Source: Octopus vulgaris (taxonomy: Eukaryota). Taken from it: DNA of 64,000 nt. Positions 42,815 through 55,231 of this stretch are shown here, in pieces; position 1 is the stretch's first letter; every line of letters begins with the position of its first letter. The notes under the pieces are model-generated. The model ran no database searches, was not told the origin of the DNA, and saw nothing but the letters and a program-made list of their open reading frames with translations. Location: assembly GCA_951406725.2 (NCBI GenBank), contig OX597818.1, forward strand, positions 141,174,001 to 141,238,000, in the 5' to 3' direction. A program made the position numbers and the translations under genes.

Positions 42815-43588
42815 ATGTTTCTTTATTAGCCACACAGGGCTGCACACAGATAGAACAAATTACAAGGTAGAGCTTTTCTTTTGAAGGTTTAAGAAAGAAA
42901 AAAAAAAAAAAAAAAAAGAAAGGAAGGGGGAGTTTCGATCAAAAGGGATCGTAAAAGGAGAGAAAGAGGACAAAAAAAAGGGGGTTTAAAAAAAGGGGGG
43001 AGGAAAAAAATTGATCAATAGGGATCGTTATCACAGAAATGTCAATATGAAGTGTAAAGAGGAGGGCAGGTGAGGTTTACCCGTGCAAAGAAAAGCCTAC
43101 GGAAAAGACCACGGTAACCTCGGTCAATGATGTCACATTTTATATTTCTTTTTTTTTTTTGCAAATAAGCAACTCTCTGTTTTCGATTTCTGGGTTCATA
43201 GGACTATGCTCAAGGTGGCTTCGTCATTCATACGTGCCATTCTTGCTACATTCACCCATCTTTTTTTAAAACATTCGCTAGACAAAACTTGCCTCTCTAC
43301 TCTCACTTTCCTTTTCAAGTGGTACTTGAAGAAGTTGATGAGAGATTGACCAGAGAGGAAAGTGTTTGTCTCCAATCCTTTCAGACGCGTCCACCAGATA
43401 CATTCTTTCGCCATAGCCACAAGGATGATGAAAATAGCTCTTCCTTCCCGTTTGAAGGAAGGAGGCGTGACAATATTGACGATAGACTCAGCTGATAAAC
43501 CGACTCGTCCCACACGTGACAGCAGTTGTTCGACATAAGCCCACAGGTCGGAAATTGTTGGACACTGAACGAGTGCGTGCAGAACGGT

Positions 43589-43589
<1 letters not shown>
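42815..43589 (-). mobile_element. 5'-truncated Tx1/L1-clade LINE (ORF2 C-terminus plus 3' UTR) inserted in (GATA)n
   Basis: Open frame HALVQCPTISDLWAYVEQLL...AKECIWWTRLK...FKKRW to the stop at 43196. The tail is GGCTAATAAAGAAACAT, with (GATA)n on both sides. Confidence 0.8.
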
Positions 43590-43682
<93 letters not shown>

Positions 43683-44143
43683 TTCTTTTATTCATTTATT
43701 TGTTTGTCACTTGACTGCGACCATGCTGAAGCACCGCATTTAGTCGAACAAATTCACCCCAGGACTTTTGTAAGCCTAATACTTATTCTATCAGTAGCTC
43801 TTTTCCGAACAGATAAGTTACGGGGACATAACCACACCAACATTGGTTGTCAAACGATGGTGTGTGGACAAACACAGACACACAAACATCCTATATATAT
43901 ATATATATATATATATAGATATACTACGTTTATATATTTATATATTTAGTAAGGAGAGACACACAAATAAGAAAGAAGAAAGCAAAGGACTACTGATGGG
44001 GTCACAGGATTGTGACGAAAGAAATCTGGCCGAAATAAGATTAAGTTTAATGTAAAAAATAACTAACACTGAAGCAAAGTAACACCAAATATATAGTGCG
44101 TCTGTTTTTATTGGCTAAACTGGCAAAATGACCATTCCGAAAT

Positions 44144-44226
<83 letters not shown>

Positions 44227-45706
44227 AAATTCTCCAATCGAAGTCGTATGGTTTTTCGTAGTTTAACGGTGATGCAAAAGATAGTAACAACCACGAATAC
44301 AGGAATACAGTTCCTTAAATGTATTGAATATAAACATTCATTACCAGTGGGTGCACGCACACTCACACACACATACTGACGCGCACGTGAGCACTGTTGT
44401 GCGTATGATTGTGCATGCGTATTTGCGTATGTGTGGATGAATATGTTCAACTGTGTTGATTGATGTATGCACGCAATCAGAAAATTAAATATGTTTATGC
44501 TCAGATATTTGTTTCTCCCTGTATATGTTTGTGTGCGTCGAATGGCTTTAGGTCCGTATGCTTCTTCTTTATAAGTGTATCAGTAGTTGTGTGTTTGTAT
44601 GTGCCTATATTTGTGTGCAGGCATGGTTGTATGAAATTGATGACGTGATCATGGATGACTTTGACATATTTCATTTCTATTTTCTCACACCTCATAAAAT
44701 GTCTTTCTTTCCCGTTTTATAGTTCGTATATTATATTTTTCCCGCTTGCAATCATCTCGACATTTCTAGAGGCGTTTCATTTTATCTTCACAATGATATA
44801 TGTTTCACTGTCCGAAATGATGTCGCCTTTGACGATATTAACAGAGCTTTTGAAATTCTCAGTTTAAATATGCTGGTTTCTTCAAAATAAATTCAGAATT
44901 ATTCTTCCTGAATATTTAGCAACACAAAATGTGTTCATTCTTCAAGCTGCCGCCATTATCATGCATTTCACCATTAAGTGGGGGGAATATTTGATTCTCT
45001 TTAGAATTGATAGGTCGTCAGTTTTCTGTTGTAAGTCTCTGTTAAAAGCATAAAATGTGAGCGAATTTCGTTCCGTGTTAGGGTGCGATATTCTCCAAAA
45101 TATAACATCCGATGCGGCGTGGTGCGTAGCACCATAACCAAAGCTAGAAAATACGACACTGCGAAGTGGAAACAATAGTGAGGAAAGCGAAAGGTGTTCA
45201 TGAACCTCCACTTCGCTCTTGCGCTCACGCCATGAGTTATTTTCCGTGTTTGTAAGAAGTTTAGTGCATATTACACCATGTTGATTTTGAAGTATTTCTT
45301 CCTAAATCATACTCTCTACAATTGCTCTGAAAAAGATTAGTCTTCTTGACTTCGAAATGCTTAATTATCAGACGTTCAAAACACACATAAAATCTGAATG
45401 CTGTTTTTCTCCAATCGAAATAAAGTCTCTATTAATAAGGGCTTTCTCTTCCTTTATTTCCCCCTCTCTCTCTCCCTCTTTTCCTCCTTCCAACAATCTC
45501 TCTCTCTCTCTCCCTCACTCATTCCCTCTTTCTCCTTCTTTTCACTTATTCTTTATTATAGCTGTTGTCTTTGAGAGCCGTATCATTTTTGACGTAGCAC
45601 AGCTAAAATCAAACCTTTCCAACCATGGCCATTACGTCATTCTCACGCTCATTCATGTTTCACCTATACTTGAAACTACAACTTTCCTTTATGAGAGTAT
45701 CCAGAC

Positions 45707-45822
45707 TCTTCCAATACTAAAACTAATATACTACTGGAACCGTCCATGAACGGACAGTTGTCCATGAACTGTTGTCCGGTCATGGACGGTTCCAGTAATA
45801 TATTAGTTTTAGTATTGAAAGA
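45707..45822. repeat. Hairpin/MITE-like inverted repeat (~45-50-bp arms)
   Basis: CAATACTAAAACTAATATACTACTGGAACCGTCCATGAACGGACA pairs with TGTCCGGTCATGGACGGTTCCAGTAATATATTAGTTTTAGTATTG, with two mismatches. Confidence 0.85.
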
Positions 45823-47396
45823 ATAGAATGCAAGCGGAGAAGAGGAAATATAGAATAAAGCATTTGGAGTCGCTATCATATTATGAATCCTCAAGTGGGT
45901 GATTTAAGATGTTTCAATGCCATTCATTTAACTCATTATTTTTATATAAACCATTTGGTATATTTCTGTTGTTATCGTTACGCCTGACTCATCGTAAACT
46001 AAATATCACTGTGACCGATATCCAAACTACAGTGGAAAAGGGTAGCCACTGGATTTGGTTAAAAAGAGACGATATGCGATGGCTAGAAGAATATTGAGCT
46101 TTATTTGATAACCAGTTAATCTAGCAGGGGAAGGTGCTCATATCATTCAGGGGGGCCAGTGTGCATTGATGCCGTGGAGATGTAGGCCCCGAAACGGCGC
46201 GCATTCTCTCCTGATGGCCCCATACACTTGCTGGCTTCCGATATGTGGAGTTCTTAACTAGTAGCACTTGCATATGCAAATTGTTTGCAAAACATATATT
46301 TACACTGAAGCAGTTCTGATTTTGGCACAAAACAATTCAGAAAGCCGGCAGGCTTCAACGTGTTGAGTTGAAATTTTTTCACTTGGCAAAACTTGCTGAT
46401 GAAGGTTAAGGCTTTTCGCCAGAACTAGACATAATGATTGAAGTGTATCAAAATACCAAACTATATAACATTGGTATATTAAAAATTATTTAACCTATTC
46501 GCCTGACTACTGTTGTTTTTCTGTTTAATTTTTTTCAGTTATTGGAAGTTTAACACGAGGGTTTCACTCCTCTTTCTAGTAGGTAGGCACGTTGTGTGCC
46601 CTTATTATCAACCGCTAGCGATGATCGACCGCTCGGAACTAAAGCTTTTTTTTATCCTCTCTCTGTTTATTTTCTCGTCTTCCTTTCTGTTGAAGAATGT
46701 AGGCACGAAACGTAAATGACTTTCTTACCTTCCCGTGCGTGAAACTGATACACCTGTTTGTTGTTTATACACCTGCTTTCATCTTTTGTTGTTTTTTTTT
46801 ATAAATTCCAACTATACACATATATATATATATAAATATATACTTACATTTATATCCTCTATTTGATATTCTATATGTATAAGGTATATTATCGTTGTTG
46901 TTATTATCAAACCACTCTTTACTTCCTTCAATATAAAATCTCATAAAATGGCCTCCAACTAACATACCAAATCACTGAAATGGCAAAGACTACTACTTTA
47001 TCTTTTACGTCCCTTCTCAGTTGTTTCCAGTAATTATTTCCTTATTAATTTCTCTCGTGTTTCCTCTTTTTTAAAATTTATTTTTGCCATATGTTTTGTC
47101 TGATTAGTCCCTGCAGGAGTATTTAAACGAAACAGTAGTCGCCTGTTGTTAAAAGGCGTCTCAACAGTAAACTGCACAACAGTATATGTATGTCAGTGTG
47201 TGTCTTTGCGTGTGCATATGTACATATTAATACAAAAGATAGACATACACAATATGTATATGTCTATAATGCGTGATTAAATATATATATAGATGTATGA
47301 GTATATACATATATATACACACACGCGCATATATTATGTACGTATGTATGTATCTATCTACATCTCTGTTTATAAAAATATATTCATAAACACAAT

Positions 47397-47463
<67 letters not shown>

Positions 47464-47599
47464 ATATATATATACATATATATATATACTTATATATATA
47501 CATATATATATATATGTGTGTGTGTATAATTGTGCGTATGGAAATATTCTTTATAACCAGATGTGTAGATAGATATTTAGATAGATGGATAGATAAATA

Positions 47600-48045
47600 G
47601 ATAGATACATACATACATACATACATACATGCATACATACATACATACATACATAAATACATACATACATACATACATACATGCATACATACATACACAG
47701 AAACATACATACATACACACATACATACATGCAGACATACATACATACATACATACATACATACATACATACATACATGCATGCATACACACATATATAC
47801 ATACATACATACATACATACATACATGCATACATACATACATACATACATAAATACATACATACATACATACATACATGCATACATACATACACAGAAAC
47901 ATACATACATACACACATACATACATGCAGACATACATACATACATACATACATACATACATACATACATACATACATACATACATACATACATGCATGC
48001 ATACACACATACCTACCTACATACATACATACATACATACATACA

Positions 48046-48079
<34 letters not shown>

Positions 48080-48092
48080 CATACATACATAC
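47600..48092. repeat. (TACA)n microsatellite with a 196-bp higher-order duplication
   Basis: The interruption CACAGAAAC recurs at 47696 and 47892. Confidence 0.85.
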
Positions 48093-49239
48093 AGGGCGTG
48101 AGGGGAAAAGGATTGAAATACTGAAGCCCGTGTTCTCTAGGTGTCGAATGATTGAAATGAAGAGATGGTAACGTTATGGAAGCGAGGTGAAAATAAAGGC
48201 TGAATCTAGCCAATTATACGAATGAAAACTTTTTTTTATTGCATTGTTTTATCTTTTTATAATAGCTTCCCAATCTTACTTTAAGATAATTAATTTAATT
48301 AACTAACTTGTCCAATAAGACATAAATTTTCTTCCAGATCGTGAGACTTATTTAAACATTCCCATAAATCTCATCATACGAAATGTCTTTCTTTTCTTGT
48401 TCTTCGGTGCGGTGCCAAAGTTTCATTCCGTCTTAATGTGGAGTTATTTTTCTTCCTCGCTCACTCACCCCCTCTCTCTCTCATACACACTCTCTCTCGC
48501 TTGTCCTCTCTTTCTCTCTCTCTATCTATCTATCTGTCTATCTTACTCTCTGCCTCGCCCTCTGACGTTGCTCGGTTGTTCTCTTTCATTTTCTCTCTAA
48601 TATCTGCCTTTAGTTCGTTTACACATCTATTTACTTGTTTCTCTTTCTCACCGACGCTTGTTATTTGAAGTATGGTCTCACACATATACATTCCTACACA
48701 AACACACACAAACAAAGACGCATGCACACATGTACAAACATTCGTCGAGATACAAACACGTATGTGTGTGTGTGTAAGCTTTACTCTGGGTATGTGTGAA
48801 TTGTATCAGTGTGTCACTTAACACACTGTGAGTCTTATATTCAACGTTCCTTGTTTTTCAACATTTCAAAACATTGATTTTTAGATACAAGTGTAAGTAA
48901 GGTGCATTAGTCTTTCCACTCGTTTCACCCGCATTTTGTGTGCTCGCCGTTGTGAGGGAGGGAGTGTCGATGAGAGAGTGTATGTGTGTGTCAGTGTGTG
49001 CGTTCGTGTGTGACCCACACTAAAGGTTTTTTTAAGTCTCACACAATTCCATGTACTCACAGACAGGGTGTCACACCTGACTATCGGGTAGGCATACACA
49101 TATACACATTATACATAAATGTCTCACTTCCATCGAACACTCATTCATACATACTCATGAATACAAACATGCTCACACTCATGCATAAACACGTATGTTA
49201 TATAAACACACAAATACACACATTACACATACATATATA

Positions 49240-49292
<53 letters not shown>

Positions 49293-49294
49293 AC

Positions 49295-49343
<49 letters not shown>

Positions 49344-49348
49344 AAGAC

Positions 49349-49419
<71 letters not shown>

Positions 49420-49424
49420 AAGAC

Positions 49425-49498
<74 letters not shown>

Positions 49499-50511
49499 GC
49501 AGACAGATAGATATACATATATTCACATACGTACATACACCTAAATTTGGCAACTGTAAAAGCAAGAACCCACCATATAACATTATATAAAGGATACTGC
49601 GAGCGGATGACCTGCCTTGACACGAGCTGCAATGAGGTAGCTTTCATTTGCTTTAACTTGATCTGAAATGCAATGTGTGTGGTTGTTGAGATTATGTATT
49701 TCCACGCAGCTAATAGATGCCAACTTAACAAGCACTTATGCTAAAAGGTGACATAAATCTAAAATGCTTCAGAGTAATGAAATTCGTTTTTTTGTTTCTT
49801 TTTGTTTCTTTTGCAAAGGAAATGGCGTCAGAACAGTTTCGTTTTCCAATTGATCACCAAAGAGAAAAACTGAAATGAAAGAAAGTAATTGATCATTTTG
49901 GTCTTAAATTTAGATCTGCTGAATGCAAACTGTCGACACCTGCACAATCATACACGCACACACACAAAGACACACACAAAAACACACACGCACTCATACA
50001 TACACATATACAAACATACGTACATTCATATATATATATCCATAAATACGGATGAGTAGACAAACGGAATATATTGGCGTACAACACATTTGTTATGTAT
50101 ATTAATTAATAACAGTTTGACAAATCTCCACGCAACTTCGCAGGCTCATTGGACGAACCTAACGCGTCAGGCTTGTAGAGACCGACTGAAAAAATTCCAA
50201 AATGCTTTCTAGATGTTGGGCTGCTATCGGTCGACGCAGCTCTCATTGCGTTTTAAGTATGACGCCAACATCAATTCCAACTTTATTTCTAGGACCACGT
50301 GCTAGGAAAGGATGTTGTTAACTGGCGTATCTCTATTTGGGACGTGGTGTATTGTTTATTAGCGACATCAGTTCGTTGGTGTGTTTGACTGTGTTTCAGT
50401 ATGTGTATCTGTCACGTGAGCGTGTATGTTTGATACGTAGCTTGTACATGGGGTGTGTGTTTTTTTCTGTTGAGAGCTACTGATGATAGGTGGAGTGTGT
50501 ATGTAAGTATC

Positions 50512-50920
50512 GGATCTTTTCGATTTGAACAGCAGTTCTTAACATAATTTCTAGGTAACTAAAAAATTTTAAACTTCGTATACTGGTAGAATGTGTTTAT
50601 AAAACATCTTTTTCTCTTGGCTTTATTGAGAAAATTCTATTGTTTGTAAGATATTTTTTTTCAATTTCGGCAATTTCAACCAATCAATTACGTCCATTGA
50701 CGTAAACAACATTCTGTGCCGTATGAATATGTCCCTCGTTTAAGAAACAGATTGGGTTTATTTACATTTGTGAAGGAAAAAAAAAGATACCCTTCCCCCA
50801 CCCCTAATCCTAACCCTAACTAGCCCTGAATCTAAAATATATTGAAATGCAATAGATCGATACTAGAGTCATAGTTATGGGTGACAATTTCATATGACAC
50901 CGCTAGAAAAAACGGTCGTT
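50512..50920. mobile_element. Second, inverted copy of the MITE at 1105-1523 (right TIR degraded)
   Basis: Begins GGATCTTTTCGATTTGAACAGCAGTT. The body is the reverse complement of 1130-1520, including CCCTAA repeats. Confidence 0.8.
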
Positions 50921-50948
50921 TTTTTTATATATAATGCATACATGCATA

Positions 50949-50987
<39 letters not shown>

Positions 50988-51284
50988 GAAATATTAAAAT
51001 TACTAAGGTTATATGGATACAGTTTGTGTATCAAATAGCTAACTTAAGGCGATGGCCTCATGGAGCTAATAAGCGGTCAGCTTTATTCTTATTTTTATAA
51101 GAATGCCATATTAGTATGGCGATAACTAATATTTTCCGGGAACGCTGCCGTTGTTCTCTTTTAGAGAGACTTAGTAATTTTAATATTTCTATTATTGAAA
51201 ACAAGTGGATGTATTCCACCGAAGCTAGGTAAATAAAACCTTTGAACAGAGATTGTCGGAAGCGACACCTACTGGTTTGGCTAC

Positions 51285-51326
51285 GCTGCATTGAAAAGGG
51301 GCAATACCCCGAAACGCGTCTGTAGC
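51285..51326 (+). ncRNA. Type I hammerhead ribozyme, U3:A8 core variant, copy 1
   Basis: GCTGCA-TTGAAAA-GGGG-CAATA-CCCC-GAAA-CGCG-TC-TGTAGC. Predicted cleavage after C51320 (GUC). Confidence 0.8.
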
Positions 51327-51647
51327 TGCCGGCCAAGTAGTGTGGAGCGACTGACCTCCCTTGTTCAAAGGTTATATGGATACAGTTTGTGTATCAAATA
51401 GCTAACTTAAGGCGATGGCCTCATGGAGCTAATAAGCGGTCAGCTTTATTCTTATTTTTATAAGAATGCCATATTAGTATGGCGATAACTAATATTTTCC
51501 GGGAACGCTGCCGTTGTTCTCTTTTAGAGAGACTTAGTAATTTTAATATTTCTATCATTGAAAACAAGTGGATGTATTCCACCGAAGCTAGGTAAATAAA
51601 ACCTTTGAACAGAGATTGTCGGAAGCGACACCTACTGGTTTGGCTAC

Positions 51648-51689
51648 GCTGCATTGAAAAGGGGCAATACCCCGAAACGCGTCTGTAGC
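51648..51689 (+). ncRNA. Type I hammerhead ribozyme, U3:A8 core variant, copy 2
   Basis: Identical to copy 1, offset +363. Confidence 0.8.
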
Positions 51690-52010
51690 TGCCGGCCAAG
51701 TAGTGTGGAGCGACTGACCTCCCTTGTTCAAAGGTTATATGGATACAGTTTGTGTATCCAATAGCTAACTTAAGGCGATGGCCTCATGGAGCTAATAAGC
51801 GGTCAGCTTTATTCTTATTTTTATAAGAATGCCATATTAGTATGGCGATAACTAATATTTTCCGGGAACGCTGCCGTTGTTCTCTTTTAGAGAGACTTAG
51901 TAATTTTAATATTTCTATTATTGAAAACAAGTGGATGTATTCCACCGAAGCTAGGTAAATAAAACCTTTGAACAGAGATTGTCGGAAGCGACACCTACTG
52001 GTTTGGCTAC

Positions 52011-52052
52011 GCTGCATTGAAAAGGGGCAATACCCCGAAACGCGTCTGTAGC
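52011..52052 (+). ncRNA. Type I hammerhead ribozyme, U3:A8 core variant, copy 3
   Basis: Identical to copy 1, offset +726. Confidence 0.8.
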
Positions 52053-52373
52053 TGCCGGCCAAGTAGTGTGGAGCGACTGACCTCCCTTGTTCAAAGGTTA
52101 TATGGATACAGTTTGTGTATCAAATAGCTAACTTAAGGCGATGGCCTCATGGAGCTAATAAGCGGTCAGCTTTATTCTTATTTTTATAAGAATGCCATAT
52201 TAGTATGGCGATAACTAATATTTTCCGGGAACGCTGCCGTTGTTCTCTTTTAGAGAGACTTAGTAATTTTAATATTTCTATTATTGAAAACAAGTGGATG
52301 TATTCCACCGAAGCTAGGTAAATAAAACCTTTGAACAGAGATTGTCGGAAGCGACACCTACTGGTTTGGCTAC

Positions 52374-52415
52374 GCTGCATTGAAAAGGGGCAATACCCCG
52401 AAACGCGTCTGTAGC
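52374..52415 (+). ncRNA. Type I hammerhead ribozyme, U3:A8 core variant, copy 4
   Basis: Identical to copy 1, offset +1089. Confidence 0.8.
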
Positions 52416-52577
52416 TGCCGGCCAAGTAGTGTGGAGCGACTGACCTCCCTTGTTCAAAGGTTATATGGATACAGTTTGTGTATCAAATAGCTAACTTAAG
52501 GCGATGGCCTCATGGAGCTAATAAGCGGTCAGCTTTATTCTTATTTTTATAAGAATGCCATATTAGTATGGCGATAA

Positions 52578-52621
<44 letters not shown>

Positions 52622-52682
52622 TATTTATATATGCATGTATATATGTACATATATACATATATATATATATATATATACATAC

Positions 52683-52716
<34 letters not shown>

Positions 52717-52752
52717 GCATATACATACATATATATGTATATATATATATAT

Positions 52753-52863
<111 letters not shown>

Positions 52864-53377
52864 TGTATGCATTTATGTATGTATTTGTGTACAATATGTC
52901 TACATGTGTAAGAGTGTATTTATATTACTTTTCCGCACATATTATCTGCGGGGTTTACCAGAGTATTACAATCTCCCGAACGTTAATTCTCATATCGAGA
53001 AGCCAGTCGATGAATGATTTTCTATATAGGCAGAACACCAATTTAGATCGACATTATAATGAAAAAAATCACATGTACAATATGGTCCTGAAGTTGACGG
53101 GATTTCAATGAAGCATGTAAGATGATGTAACTAAATACTCACTATCAAAGGTTCCATAGAATTTTTTGGTAGTGTATTTGTAAGCATTCTAAATGGATAT
53201 TCCTGATTCTACTAAGATGCAACTATTTTAAATAAAGCTGTAACTCAAAATCATTTATAGCAAAGTTACACAATGATCTTATACTTTATCTAAACCTCAA
53301 ATACTAAAATCTGAGGATTTTGATATGAAACTAAATCTATGACTAGACACTAAAAATAACATAAACTGGGGTGGGGC

Positions 53378-53749
53378 GGAGCACTCTGTCGGTTACGACG
53401 ACGAGGGTTCCGGTTGATCCGATCAACGGAACAGCCTGCTCGTGAAATTAACGTGTAAGTGGCTGAGCACTCCACAGACACGTGTACCCTTAACGTAGTT
53501 CTCGGGGATATTCAGCGTGACACAGAGAGTGACAAGGCCGGCCCTTTGAAATACAGGTACAACAGAAACAGGAAGTAAGAGTGAGAGAAAGTTGTGGTGA
53601 AAGAGTACAGCAGAGATCACAACCACCTCCTGCCGGAGCCTCGTGGAGCTTTAGGTGTTTTCGCTGAATAAACACTCACAACGCCCGGTCTGAGAATCGA
53701 AACCGCGATCCTACGACCGCTGCCCTAACCACGGGGCCATTGCGCCTCA
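53378..53749 (-). mobile_element. tRNA-derived SINE (OR-type head, tail variant B)
   Basis: Near-identical to 39037-39411. Confidence 0.85.
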
Positions 53750-55231
53750 CATAAAATAAACTAATTCTATATTAAATAATAGTCCATGCCTGAATCTGAT
53801 CTCCCACGTGATCCTATAATACGCCTCAATTCACACGCAATCTGCATCACAAAGCTAAATCCAGAACACGAAATATATCATTCATCTTAATTCATACAAA
53901 ACTCAAAGTTAGCTCCAGAAACTAAGCGGAAACCCAGATTTTCTAGGATATAGAATTAATTCTAAGAAGGAAGAGATGTGACCATCGTGCAAACTGGCTA
54001 GCTGTTAATAAAATAGTTAATGATATCAAAGCGATATTAATCAGCCGCCCGCTAACTAACTATATATTTTTAGTACAACTAAATAACTATTATTTCTGAA
54101 AGTAAACATCTTAAGCCTTATCTTAAACTGAAACCTATTAATAAATTTAAATTGCTTCTAGTGACTTAATTAACCTATTTCAAAAACGAGCTATAATTTC
54201 TTTACAGCTATAACGCGAAGCACGCAATTAAATGAACGTTCATCAAATGCTTAATTACTAGATTTTAAAAATAAACATGGTTGTCATTAACCTAGAATTA
54301 AACCCCTTTATAAACTAACATTTTGTTTAATTAACGTCAATGAATTGGCAGAATCGTTAGAATAATAGACTGCTTTTCTGTATGTTCCGGTTTTCTCAAT
54401 TTGGAATTGTTCCCACTCATTTCATATTTATATTGCTATTCTAAATGGAAAGCTTGAAGATTTATTACAGAAGGCAAGGTTATTAGGTCTGGTACTTTAA
54501 AAAGAAAGTGAATGCTCTTTGAAATATGACAATCTAATATAAACTGTTTGGAAACAGCTAAATTTACAAGCCACACATTACTTTTGGGAATTTTCAAAAT
54601 TGTATATTTAATATTTCGGCAGTAGTATTCCTTATTTAGATATCTCTAGACTTCACTGGACATCACAAACTATTAATGAGCGATTTTTGTAATAATGGAC
54701 ATTTTCAGGTAAGGATAAGAAGTATTCAGATGCCTATGATTTTATTCTATCTTTTTCATTGTATTATCAAGAGAAAAAGCGTCGTTTATGAATCTTTCTG
54801 CAGCACCTGAGACTAAGGGGAGCAATGAAGACTAATGGGAGAAGGCATTACTAAGCCAGAAGCCTGTTTTAAATTCTTGCAACACAGAGAAAGGCAGCTG
54901 AGGGACCAAGTGGTAATTTTAATCAGGGAGATGAGTTAACTTTCCTGCCAAAGGCATTGGTGTTATTTCAAGTCAGGAATCAAAACTGAATAAGTAAATA
55001 CACGTAACAAACACCGCTAGGAATTTTTTCCAACGTTCTAAACAGCAGTCAGTCCAGTCCCACGGACAGATATTATGTAACAGACCCTAAAATGATAACA
55101 TGCACATTATCGATATTGGGATTTCAACTCAGAGCTGTAAGAAATGCCGTAACACATTCTGCCCTTCGCTTCAACATCTCTGGCAATTCACAGACTTATA
55201 CCCCAAAGTGAAAAGATACCGGATATCGAAT

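Larger units (their letters stand above)
51005..52584 (+). mobile_element. Non-LTR retrozyme-like tandem array: 363-bp unit x about 4.35, one hammerhead per full unit
   Basis: Exact 363-bp periodicity with only two substitutions noticed (51556, 51759). Each full unit holds a hammerhead fold, (TA)n lies on both sides, and a 26-nt inverted segment sits at the 5' junction. Confidence 0.85.

Noticed and set aside
51058-52425. Four repeated 92-aa minus-strand ORFs (MAGSYRRV...)
   Set aside because: They start at TTG, show no recognisable domain, and recur only because the unit is repeated; they are antisense to the ribozyme.
51005-52584. Array as a CRISPR locus or a 5S/snRNA/tRNA gene cluster
   Set aside because: There are no variable spacers, and I recognised no 5S, U-snRNA or tRNA cloverleaf sequence.
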